From the NCBI RefSeq assembly GCF_009914755.1, contig NC_060928.1: DNA of 64,000 bases; one strand, written 5' to 3'. Position numbers and translations under genes: made by a program. Below, one piece after another: positions 1 through 16,346 of this stretch. Position 1 is the stretch's first letter. Each line of letters starts with the position of its first letter. Origin of the DNA: the human T2T-CHM13v2.0 reference genome, Homo sapiens. Below the pieces are notes generated by a model. That model had not been told where the DNA came from. It searched no databases and saw nothing but the letters and a program-made list of their open reading frames with translations.

Positions 1-460
1 GAGGTGTGCTTCTTGGTCTTCCTTCAAGAAAGAGCTTGTTCTTCAGCTATGAGGAATACAGATAGATGACAGGTCTTGGCTCCCAAACCTTTAGAATCCT
101 CTGCAGGATTCAAGCTAAGGTCATACTTTTCCAGATCATCTCCCAGCCAATGACTGAGCATGATGGGGTACTAGGGACCTGACCATTTCTTCCAATGTAG
201 GATTCACTTGACCAGTTGTCTTTTTGGCAGAGTGCCACATGGGTTAGTCAAGACAGTGTGGAATTTTTATTGCATTCCCTGCATTGTTCTCCATGTCCAA
301 TTCTTCTTACCCTCTTTTTTCCCCCCACAAATGTCAGATCTGCCTTGTGGTCTGAAGGCTTTCTCTGCATAACCCTTTTTCATTCCCCTTTACCTTTCCT
401 GGTGTTACTCCCAGCAATCTCGTACTTCTAACTCTGGCTCAGCATCTGCTTCTGAGCAAG
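1..460 (+). mobile_element. Old ERVL solo LTR fragment, LTR16A-like
   Basis: Segments cccagccaatgactgagcatg, tgtcagatctgccttgtggtctgaaggct and terminal agcatctgcttct resemble the LTR16 consensus as remembered. Boundaries approximate. Confidence 0.6.
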
Positions 461-891
461 GTACAGTTGAGAGAACTAAAATGGCAAATCTATCAGATTA
501 ATATGATCTGTAGTTTGTTTGCTTTTAGGTAGAGTTGGATAATCATTTTACAACAATTCTAAGAAAACTTAGTGTGTTTTACTGCATGAGATGCCTTTTG
601 AAGTAGAGAAGACATCTGTCTAAATCACCAACTTTATACTTTGGGAAATCTGTGTTTTTTGCCGAATTGCAAAATTGCATTCGTCTTATAGTCCTTAAAA
701 TTTATTTTACTTCCTAATATTTGTAACTACACAGAGTCATTTGAATCTGCTAAACATAGCACAAAAGGTGGATATACATCAGTATTTAGTAAAAGACATC
801 TATTTAAATTAAGCACCTTGCAACATGTATTCAGCTATGAGGAATTTTCCGAGCAAGTAGCATTAACATTGAAAATTATTATAGAGCTTAT

Positions 892-1798
892 GGGGGGAGG
901 AGCCAAGATGGCCGAATAGGAACAGCTCTGGTCTACAGCTCCCAGCGTGAGCGACGCAGAAGATGGGTGATTTCTGCATTTTCGTCTGAGGTACTGGGTT
1001 CATCTTACTAGGGAGTGCCAGACAGTGGGCGCAAGTCAATGGGTGCACGCACCATGCACGAGCCGAAGCAGGGCGAGGCATTGCCTCACTCGGGAAGCGC
1101 AAAGAGTCAGGGAGTTCCCTTTCCTAGTCAAAGAAAGGGGTGACAGATGGCACCTGGAAAATCGGGTCACTTCCACCCGAATACAGCGCTTTTCCGACAG
1201 GCTTAAAAAACGCCGCACCAGGAGATTATATCCCGCACCTGGCTCGGAGGGTCCTACGCCCATGGAGTCTCACTGATTGCTAGCACAGCAGTCTGAGATC
1301 AAACTGCAAGGTGGCAGCGAGGCTTGGGGAGGGGCGCCCGCCATTGCCCAGGCTTGCTTAGGTAAACAGAGCAGCCGGGAAGCTCCAACTGGGTGGAGCC
1401 CACCACAGCTCAAGGAGGCCTGCCTGCCTCTGGAGGCTCCACCTCTGGGGGCAGGGCACACAACAAACAAAAAGACCGCAGTAACCTCTGCAGACTTAAA
1501 TGTCCCTGTCTGACAGCTTTGAAGAGAGCAGTGTTTCTCCCAGCACGCAGCTGGAGATCTGAGAACGGGCAGACTGCCTCCTCAAGTGGGTCCCTGACCC
1601 CTGACCCCCGAGCAGCCTAACTGGGAGGCACCCCCCAGCAGGGGCAGACTGACACCTCACAGGGCTGGGTACTCCAACAGACCTGCAGCTGAGGGTCCTG
1701 TCAGATAGAAGGAAAACTAAAACAGAAAGGACATCCACACCAAAAACCCATCTGTATATCACCATCATCAAAGACCAAAAGTAGATAAAACCACAAAG
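892..1798 (+). promoter_or_regulatory. L1 5' UTR internal promoter (YY1 site) and antisense promoter region
   Basis: YY1 motif AAGATGGCC at 905-913 is intact and the region is CpG-rich relative to its flanks. Short UTR form (GGGTACTCCAACAGACC at ~1667-1683) lacks the 129-bp segment. Confidence 0.8.
1270..1344 (-). pseudogene. L1 ORF0 (antisense), truncated at codon 25
   Basis: MAGAPPQASLPPCSLISDCCASNQ* matches the ORF0 N-terminus. The ORF0-like peptide (VGPSEPG..YNL.VRRFLS) continues in frame after the TGA. Confidence 0.85.
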
Positions 1799-2814
1799 AT
1801 GGGGAAAAAACAGAGCAGAAAAACTGGAAACTCTAAAAAGCAGAGCGCCTCTCCTCCTCCAAAGGAACATAATTCATCACCAGCAACGGAACAAAGCTGG
1901 ACGGAGAATGACTTTGACGAGCTGAGAGAAGAAGGCTTCAGATGATCAAATTACTCCGAGCTACAGGAGGAAATTCAAACCAAAGGCAAAGAAGTTGAAA
2001 ACTTTGAGAAAAGTTTAGAAGAATGTATAACTAGAATAACCAATACAGAGAAGTGCTTAAAGGAGCTGATGGAGCTGAAGACCAAGGCTCGAGAACTACG
2101 TGAAGAATGCAGAAGCCTCAGGAGCCGATGCGATCAACTGGAAGAAAGGGTATCAGCGATGGAAGATGAAGTGAATGAAATGAAGCAAGAAGGGAACTTT
2201 AGAGAAAAAAGAATAAAAAGAAACGAGCAAAGCCTCCAAGAAATATGGGACTACGTGTAAAGACGAAATCTACGTCTGATTGGTGTACCTGAAAGTGACG
2301 GGGAGAATGGAACCAAGTTGGAAAACACTCTGCAGGATGTCATCCAGGAGAACTTCCCCAATCTAGCAAGGCAGGCCAACATTCAGATTCAGAAATACAG
2401 AGAACGCCACAAAGCTACTCCTCGAGAAGAGCAACTCCAAGACACATAATTGTCAGATTCATTGAAGTTGAAATGAAGGAAAATATGTTAAGGGCAGCCA
2501 GAGAGAAAGGTCGGGTTACCCACAAAGGGAAGCCCATCAGACTGACAGCAGATCTCTCAGCACAAATTCTACAAGCCAGAAGAGAGTGGGGGCCAATATT
2601 CAACATTCTTAAAGAAAAGAATTTTCAACCCAGAATTTCATATCCAGCCAAACTAAGCTTTATAAGTGAGGGAGAAATAAAATACTTTACAGACAAGCAA
2701 ATGCTGAGAGATTTTGTCACCACGAGGCCTGCCCTAAAAGTGCTCCTGAAGGAAGTGCCAAACATGGAAAGGAACAACTGATACCAGCCGCTGCAAAATC
2801 ATGCCAAAATGTAA
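1799..2814 (+). pseudogene. L1 ORF1p (RNA-binding chaperone), disrupted
   Basis: MGKKQSRKTGNSK start at 1799; TGA at 1943-1945; TAA at 2258-2260; 1-nt frameshift near 2390; TGA at 2779-2781; native TAA at 2812-2814. Confidence 0.95.
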
Positions 2815-2877
2815 AGACCATCGAGACTAGGAAGAAACTGCATGAACTAATGAGCAAAATAACCAGCTAACATCATA

Positions 2878-6703
<3,826 letters not shown>

Positions 6704-7500
6704 ACAATGAGAACACATGGACACAGGAAGGGGAACATCACACTCTGGGGACTGTTGTGGGGTGGGGAAAGTGGGGAGGGATAGCATGGGGAGATATACC
6801 TAACGCTAGATGATGAGTTAGTGGGTGCAGCACACCAGCATGGCACATGTATACATATGTAACTAACCTGCACATTGTGCACATGTACCCTAAAACTTAA
6901 AGTATAATAATAATAAATTAAAAAAAAAACAAAACAAACTGGCCTTATGAACCTTAGACCAATCTTGAGGGTATAAAAGCCTTCGCACTGAAGTGGCCAT
7001 AAAAAAAAAAAAAAGAGAAAATTATTATAGAAAAAGCAGTAGAAATCATGGTGCTGTTTATTATCATTTGAAAAGTATTTTTTTATTTTGTTCTATTAAT
7101 ATGTTTCAATATGAATGATGCACTGAGATCTTGGATAATTAGCACATAACAACATAAATAATAAAAATCATTTATTGGACACAATTAAATTATGCCTTTC
7201 TTACATACGTTGTTTCTATTAAAATGTGCTGAAATTTACTTCTTAATCTTGAGATGTAATAAAGTGTTTTAAGGTTACTTTTAAAAATAAACATTTAAAA
7301 AATGTTGTGCTTATATGATATCAATGGAAAACAAATACTTTTGAGGTTTGAAATTTTAAATCCGAAAATAATAATATTAGGCAGCCTTTGTATTTCCAGA
7401 CCTCTTGTATTTATACAGGGGGATCTAGGGCAAAAATAATTGCTGAAATTTAACATTTATCTGGGTGGGCCTCTGCGTACCTCAGCCTCTCTTATTCTTT

Positions 7501-7839
<339 letters not shown>

Positions 7840-7924
7840 TGATACATTCTGTGAGACCTGGTGGGAAGAAATAGGCCTCAAGGCACACTGAGTTTTTGAG
7901 TTGCCCTCTACGTTTTTCAAGCTG

Positions 7925-8085
7925 ATCATTATTGAGTCCCTATTATCTGACAGATACTCTGCTAAGTTATTTATTTAAATTATCTCATTAAACATTATCA
8001 CAATCATATTAGATGGGGACTGTTATTATTTCCATCTTATACACAATAAATTTGAGGCATAGAGAGGTTAAATTTGAGCAGTGTC
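7925..8085 (-). mobile_element. MIR fragment
   Basis: tatctcatt...ccatcttat...tgaggcatagagaggttaa core MIR motifs. Confidence 0.65.
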
Positions 8086-8219
8086 ACTGTAACTCACTTT
8101 TAAAAACTGTGTGATAATTAAATGGCAGTCCTTAGTTTTAACCCAGTTATGGCTGGCTGTAAGTTCCATCCCGTCATGACCATTATGTTTCCTCAACTTT
8201 TCTATTTTCCTACTTCCTT

Positions 8220-8632
8220 TGCTGTGCTCTCAGTCGCTGGGAGACGAAAGTGCTGCTGGTTAGCACAGAAGAAACTGCTGCTGCTGCGGCTTCTACTGTT
8301 GTCTGCCATCTCTGTTACCATCGAGACCGGGGCTGTGTATGCTCGAGGTGCAGGGAGCTAATGTATAAGGAGTTAAATGAACTCTTGCTGCTGCCAAATA
8401 TGTTGTTATCACTAACTGCACCGCTGCTGTCATTAGTGCTGCTGCCAACACTGCAAGCCCTGCTGCTGCCAGTGCCAATTCTGCTGATGCCTTGGGCTCT
8501 CCATGTCCCAGGGTGATTCCATAGACAAGCAGCTGCTTTTAGATTTCACTTGCTCATTACCTGTAGATCCTTTGCCTTAGGACTCAAGCTTAAGCCCATG
8601 AAGCCTGGGATAGAAGACAATTGGAGGTATGT
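8220..8632 (+). promoter_or_regulatory. Candidate CpG-retaining promoter / alternative first exon
   Basis: Cluster of CpGs; Inr-like TCAGTC at 8230-8235; RFX X-box-like GTTACCATCGAGAC at 8314-8327; CTG-rich leader; donor GAG|GTATGT at 8626/8627. Confidence 0.35.
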
Positions 8633-9233
8633 TTTATCTTCTCTAGCATCTGGGACAACTGGCCTTGAACCAAACATGTGCACCTCGTTTTTCTTTTCCC
8701 TTCTTCCTCTGAGATTTCTTTTCCCAGAGGCTCTTATTTCATGCAATGATCCACTAGCCCTGGAAACAGGAACATAAACACTCGAACCCTAGAATGAACA
8801 TAATTTAGTCTTAACTACATTAGATATTTTAGTTTGAAAGAAATCACTCACATTTCATAATCCTGAAACATATAAATTTATACTTAGTTATCTGTGCAAA
8901 AATTGAATCATGATAATTATTAAAGAATTACTATGCAAGTGTAAATAGCTTTGGTATTAACCAAGAGTGGTTTCAGTGTGCTTTTGTAAAAAAAAAAATA
9001 CTAGAGTTCAAAAATTCAGGTCTATATTTGAAGCTCTGTCAATAATTCGTATACCTCATATCAAAAAGCTTACCAAGGGACAAGATGATTTTGTTAGTGG
9101 GAGTGGTTTACTTTTTACTTTTGCTTCCAACCCTAACTCAGAAGAAGGGCAATAGTCTATCAAACCTGGAAAATAAGAAAACAGCATTCAAATTTACAAA
9201 GCTCTATTTACTAAAAACATGCAAAATAAGTAA

Positions 9234-9510
9234 TTTTTTTTTGAGAGAGTGTCTCATTGTGTCTCCCAGGCTGGAATGCAGTGGCATGATCATGGCTTAC
9301 TGCAGCCTTGACCTCCCAGGCTCAAGACATCCTCCCACCTTAGTGCCCCCAAGTAGCTGGGACTTCAGATGCATGCCACGATGCTTGGCTAATTTTTAAT
9401 TTTTTGTAGAGATGTTGCTCACGCTGCTCTTGAACTCTTGAGCTCAAGCAGTCCTCCCGCTGTGGCCTCGCAAAATGTTGGGATGACAGCCGTAAGCCAC
9501 TGCGCCTGGC
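9234..9510 (-). mobile_element. Alu (AluJ-type)
   Basis: Diverged Alu dimer with J-type gagctcaagcagtcctccc and a small internal deletion. Confidence 0.92.
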
Positions 9511-12113
9511 TAAAATAAAGAATTTTTAACTGGAGGAAAAGAATCTTATGTTGTTGAATTCTTTATTGTCTTAACTGAAAGCAAAAGCCTGTTTGAACTT
9601 TTTTCTTAATCGAGAAAAGCATATGAGGAGAAAAGAGCTCTAAGTTCTATGCCAGATGCTTACAAAACAAATTGTTTACCAGTAGTTTAGTGGGACAGGG
9701 GGTGGGGGTAAAAGAAAAAGTTGTATTAAAATCTTGATGAAGATATTCTGCATCAAGGACTATTTTATTTTTCTTAAGGGCGAAACAATCTGTTTTCTTA
9801 TTTGAGGCCAGTGAAAGTTTATATTTCTATTCCACCTGGGATAATAACAATTGAGAGTTTTGTGTTTTATTTTCCCTAATTGAGAATATGGGGATTGGTA
9901 AATAATATGGTAAGTAATTTGCATTTAGAATAAGGTGAGGTTCTTGGTTTTCCAAATTATTGATTTGTGGAGTGAATTTGCATCTAGGACTCTAATTTTT
10001 TTTTTCAGTAAATTTCATGAGAAATGTTATTGTTTTTAGGAATGTAATTTTATTAAAAAATTTGCGGGAATTTTGGGATGTATTTATATTTAAAGTTATC
10101 ATAACATGTTAGATGTTGTCATACTGTGTGTGTATATGTGTATCCTATATGTGTGTATGTGTGTATATTTAGCACGCATTTTTCTTTTTATTTGATTAGG
10201 TTTTCTTAATTTTAAAGTTGGAATGAAAGAAAAATGTGTTAGTATATGATTCATAAAAAACAAACCAGTGATGGTACTGTGTTTAAACATCTCAATATGG
10301 ATATGGGTTTTGTTATATTTTGCGAGCTACATGCCAGAGTATATTGTAAAGAAGTCTATTTATAGGTAAAATAAAGATGAGAAAGCAGTGCAGAGAGAAA
10401 TCAAATATAATTGTCTTACATTTCTGATTCTCCTTCATTTTTAGTTTTTAATGGGAATTTCTGTCTTTTATCTGCATGAAGATGCTAATGTTCTCTTAAT
10501 GTACTTAAAATTGTAGAGTAAGAATTTCGAAATTTGTAGGAAGACAAATGGCATTTATAAATATTAGAGTTTATGAGTACTTAATATCCCCTCTGTCATC
10601 TGCATTTAATGTTTTCGTTTCCTTTTAACAGTATGTGTAAGAACTTTCTGTGCTGTGCTTAGAGTTTTTTTCCTAGATAAATGTTTTTCTTATGCTCTAA
10701 ACCTGTTTAAGGAGATGAGATTTGAAAGTAGTTGAATTCAGAGCTCTTACTTGAGCAGAGTGTTTCTCAATAGCTTTTCCAAGAAAATTTTAAAAGATTA
10801 AAATCAATTTTAATCTTTGTCGTATAGGCCACAGAAACTTCCATTCATACATCCTTAGAAAATTAAAACAAGGCAAAATAACAATTTGGGAAATAATCAA
10901 TTAAAACCATAACTATATGGGAAGTCTTTGGAAATGGAAGGCCCACAACCTACCTATATATGAAGCCAGTGTTGTCTGAACTGAATTCTACCGTAGGGTG
11001 GACTTTTTCTTAACGTCTGAATTTATGAACCTGTGAAAGAGGAACGTTAAATTGAAAATAACGACAACATCTTAATTATGGTGATTTTACTGAAAGACTA
11101 CTACCATAATAAGATGTATTCTAGGTTTCCAGAGTAGTGGCAGCTGTCAAACACCAACATTTCTCCCTGAGAATAGGTTTAGTGTAGTGTGTTTTTCAAG
11201 GACAAGTTGCTCAGTGAGCCCTGCTAGTTAATATTCAACAGTTTTCTTAATCAAAATTGTGGTCTTGCTCCCTAGAGTGTTTGTGAAAATGATTGTATGT
11301 TTATCCGAGCCTTCAACAGCAGAAAGAGAATTCTTGGGCTAGGTGCTGGTAATGAGAACCTATATTAATCCCAGGGTGCTGATAAGAAAAGGAAAATCCT
11401 GTCAGAATACATTGTTTGTAAAAAAATGATTACTGTAGCTCAAAAAGTCAAACCTTTTTTTTGAAGCCCTTGTACCTTATATAACTTCAGTTGTTTATCT
11501 GGGATAATGAGGAGGTAGGGGTATGGTGATGTCCAGCAATCCACTCCAGGAATGGTATTTTAGTGATCGAGTAGTCTGGGGTTCTGTTAATCATTGCTTC
11601 TGTTGCATACCTTATTAAGGGTCCTCACATGATTCCTTTAGATTACAAGAAGGTCTTAATGAAGTAAAGCTTGTGAGGTATTAGAGAGCTCAGTCTGGCA
11701 TTGTACAAATGGTATTGAAGACTCACATAGGAAAAACAAGCTTGCCAAATAAAATAATGCAACAGCTAACATTTTCTATGAAATATTTTGCTTAGGATGC
11801 AGGTTTTGTTAGTGCTTTTGTTTTTAACCCTAAACTGTTTTCTACTGTCAGGTGATACTGCCCTTGAAACAGAGCTGTCCTGGTTGAATGTGACTTTTTT
11901 CTGCCGTGGGTACCTGTCACTTCCTTCTCACACCCCCTCAACTCGTGCGCACATACACACACATACATCTGAAAGAATCAAGATGAACAGTTTGAACAAT
12001 ATGATCTCTGTAATACTATAAAGAACATTTACTTTTGGATTTTGTTTTGTTTTGTCTGTAATGGAGCTCTATAGGAATTAAATCTTCTGAAAACAGTCTT
12101 TTTAAAATATTAG

Positions 12114-12430
<317 letters not shown>

Positions 12431-12789
12431 AGAAAGTTTTAGTCAATAACAAAAACACATTTTTTGAGTAGTTGTTTAACATGATTAAAAGCACACTTGG
12501 ACTTTAATTAGGAAACAATAAACATACATCCCATAGGAGTTAATCTTTGTAAACAACACCAATTTTGAAGGCTACAGTCAGTTATATTGATCACTTCAGT
12601 GATACTGAGACATATACTGCACTTTATGCATTGATCTTTGACATAGAAAGATCAGCACGTTAATGTAAAAAATTGCCACTATGTATTTGAAATTTAAGCC
12701 CTACTATTAGCTAATATTCAAAATAACTCATTTACTTGATACTGTAATGTGTAGTCAACTGATTTTTCCTTTTAAATAGATTGATCTGT

Positions 12790-13057
12790 TATATATATAT
12801 TAGAGGCAGAGTCTCACTCTGTCACTTAGGCTGGAGAGCAGTGGTACAATTATGGTTCACTGCAGCTTCCAACTCCTGGGCACAAACAGTCCTCCTGCCT
12901 TAGCCACCACTATGCTCAGCTAATTATTTTTAATTTTTTTTTGTAAATGTGGGCTCTTGCATTGTTGCTCAGTCTAATCTCGAACGCCTGGTCTCAAGTG
13001 ACTCCTGCTTCAGCCTCCCAAAGTACTGGGATTATAGGCACGATCCTGCACCTGCCC
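12790..13057 (-). mobile_element. Alu (AluJ-type, degraded) with (TA)n tail
   Basis: gagtctcactctgtcac...aagtactgggattataggc, with a ~30-bp internal deletion. Confidence 0.88.
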
Positions 13058-13279
13058 CAATTCTGTATTTTTATTTGTTCTTAGTTGTAGCTTGTAATTA
13101 TTTCCAAATGTGAATCATAATCAGATTGATTCAATACCAAGTTTTAGAAGAATTGTGTATCAACTAGTCCACTTTGAAGAGGAAAACCACATAGTAGGTT
13201 AAACTAGTGAGTTTAATTTAAAAATATTATTAAAGTATGACAAAAGAGTAACTTCTCTCTAAGATATAGAGAAACCTAA

Positions 13280-13957
13280 GTGGTACCCTGAAGCTAAAGG
13301 AGTGTAACCAAAGAATGACAAACTTGGAAGAGGATCAGATCTTAAAGAGAAGGTGTAATTCATCTCACTGGAGAGCAGAGAAGTTTTCGAGTTTGGCTGA
13401 GCATCCAGAGATGGCCCATAGTCATGGGGCAAGCTGGCGGCCAGTAGAATAGTCGGCATGGATAACCAAACCAGTGGCTATGTTTCAGAGGACATGAGCA
13501 CCCTCCAGGGAAGAGTATGGGGCCTGTAGTGGACTCAGTAGGACTCAGGAGGACTGCCAGAGGGGAGGGGGCTTCAGGTAGATGGCCCATAGCCCTACAG
13601 AGGGAATTCTGACTCTGATGGGCATTTCTTTCTGGAGAAGGCCTTGGGAAGATTGTCTCTAGCTTGAGACTGCAAGATTGGCAAGCAACCACACGTTCTT
13701 ATACCCTGCATGGCTTGGCAGGGCTACACTGAATGTCCTCACACCTCTACCCAAATCACTGACTCCTGTGTCACCAGAAGTCATGGAAGAGCCCCTTCCT
13801 CCTGCAGTGTCCCTCCAGCTTCCTCTACTGGGAACACTCAGCATCACACCCATTGTAAAGAAGAAATACTTAAAAGAATTCTATCTATGATCATAGGACA
13901 TATATTTGTGGAAAAGTGCATTTGGAGCTGGGAGGCAATTAATTCATAACTAGCACA
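13280..13957 (-). mobile_element. ERVL solo LTR, LTR41-like
   Basis: The minus strand begins TGTGCTAGTTATGAATTAATTGCCTCCCAGCTCC and the element contains cctgcagtgtccctccagcttcctctactg, both characteristic of LTR41 as remembered. Left boundary approximate. Confidence 0.65.
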
Positions 13958-15282
13958 CATTGCCTTACATTTAGGTGCTGGTTATAGCTAATATTGTGGC
14001 AAAAATGACAACTCTAAATGCCGTAAGAATGTCATGTTGCTTTCAGGTGCCCAATTTTAGCCCCTTGGACTTGTCCATCTGGATTAGTCACATTATCCTA
14101 GTTTTCAGTAGCTGATCTTAGGCCTGTGCTTATTTTTCACCATATCCTTCAAAGACACCACCTATAGCTCTCTGCAGTGGGAATGAAAGCCTGTCTACAT
14201 ATACCACTGTAAATATGCTCAAATTCTTTGAGTGTTTGAGCAGCTTTAGTCAAAGGAATTCATGGTGTATCAATAGACTCTATTCTAATTAAAACCATTT
14301 AAATCACTTTTATAAGCAAGTGAGGAAACTGTTTAGCCCCAGAGTGTGCACTAGTAATAGCACATAGTTCATTTCACAAAGCTAAAGAGCAATATTGATG
14401 ATAGGGCACTAAGGAGCATGCGAGTGCATAGATCAATTTGTTACTAGTCAGTCATTGTTTTTCTCTGTTATTAGTACAACCACTATTGTGGTTTAGGTGA
14501 GAAAATGTTATTAGTGACTGCTTTCTGGTGCTTTATAGGTGCTATCATTTACTTTCATGTTCATATACTGTTGTAATCATGTATGAATGAGTTGCCAACT
14601 ATTATATATTATGTATACGTAAGAGACAGGTAAAGAGGTGCATGCCGGTATCAAATATGATATTTACAAAGATACATATTAATAATTCCTAGATAATGGT
14701 GGTTTATTATGAACGACAGTAACAGCTAGATGGTAAATCATTCACAATATTTATGTCTATTGTTGCTTTAACATAGGAATTACCAATGGCAATCACATTT
14801 TATTTTCCTAGCAGCCAGAACACTTTTGTTATACATCATTTATTCTTTCTTAAAAGAAAAAAAATCCTTTCTAGAAACACTGTTATTCCTTTGACAATTT
14901 GCTTTGGATTTGTAATCTTTCCTTAGGGTGTTATTTTTTTTTCTTTAGGGAAAAGAAGGAAAGGGATACACGTGGTTAAAAAAATGCCAACATGAATAAA
15001 TCCAACAGATAAATTGTTAGCAATTACATTTTTAAGAGTGTTGCAGGAGCATTAACATTGAGAAACTAATACTTAAGTACAAATGGTTTAATTGTAATAT
15101 GGAAAATAGGTGATGCTATAAAAACTATTATGATTCATATCTATAAAATTAGTAATGGAATGATTATAGGACAAGAAATATGCTTTGGTATGAAATTGTA
15201 TTCTAAGAATCTTCTATCATCAAATCTAGTTAGTTAAATCTACTAACCCTGAATTTAAGATCTGTGAATGAATTTACCTTTA

Positions 15283-15610
<328 letters not shown>

Positions 15611-15979
15611 AACAAAGCATAAATGTAGTGGACCTAGGAGTACTCTTAGGCACTATTCCCAATGTTAAGGAACTTAAAATCTGTAGCTTTTAAACTGTTG
15701 ATATTTTTTATACTATAGTACGAAGAAATGTACAAAATAATTGAGTCAAAAGTATACAATTTATTTAGAACAAAAAAGCATATGAAAAGGATGATGATAA
15801 TAAATGAGTGTATTGAAGAGATAATAAAATGATGGACAAGAACATGAACCTAGTGAACAATGTAGTAAGCTATCAGTTAGCAGATAACCACAAAATGCAT
15901 CATTTCCATGGCTCTGTGAAAACTAAGCTTACAAAAATGATTTTTCCCCTTTGGTTATAAGGATAACAATTAATTATAG

Positions 15980-16215
15980 AGCACGTTTATTGAGTGTCCA
16001 CTAGGTATGTGACTGATATGCACACAATTAGTTGTTTTTACTGATCGTTTCACTAAGATACAAATTATTCAGGACCTGTTGTAAGTTTTAAATACAAGTT
16101 CAAACACCACAAGGGACTTGCACAAGGTCATACAGCCAAAAGTAATGAACAGAGATACAAATCTTAGATTGTACATCCTCAAAGCCCAGGCCCTTTCTAC
16201 TACATAGTGTGGCTT
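15980..16215 (-). mobile_element. MIR fragment
   Basis: tttattgagtgtccacta...aagggacttgcacaaggtcatacagc...ctcaaagcccagg. Confidence 0.6.
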
Positions 16216-16346
16216 CTAAAAATTAAAAATAGTGAAACTGCTTGGTTCTTGATGTGCTGGGGACTTGATAATTTCATAAATTCCATGTGGAATTTAAAGA
16301 CTGAATATTCAGCTAGTTGATCTCTCTCTCTTTTCTCTCTCTCTCT

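Noticed and set aside
510-535. TTTTAG|GTAGAG as a recursive splice site
   Set aside because: The reconstituted donor is weak compared with GTAAG/GTGAG.
8250-8516. Leu-rich or Ala-rich ORFs as a membrane protein gene
   Set aside because: The composition follows from CTG/GCT richness and there is no recognisable family; kept only as a possible uORF.
11850-11960. Motif cluster (TGCGCAC MRE-like, ACTTCC ETS-like, TGTCA)
   Set aside because: Short motifs next to a CA-rich run with no independent support.
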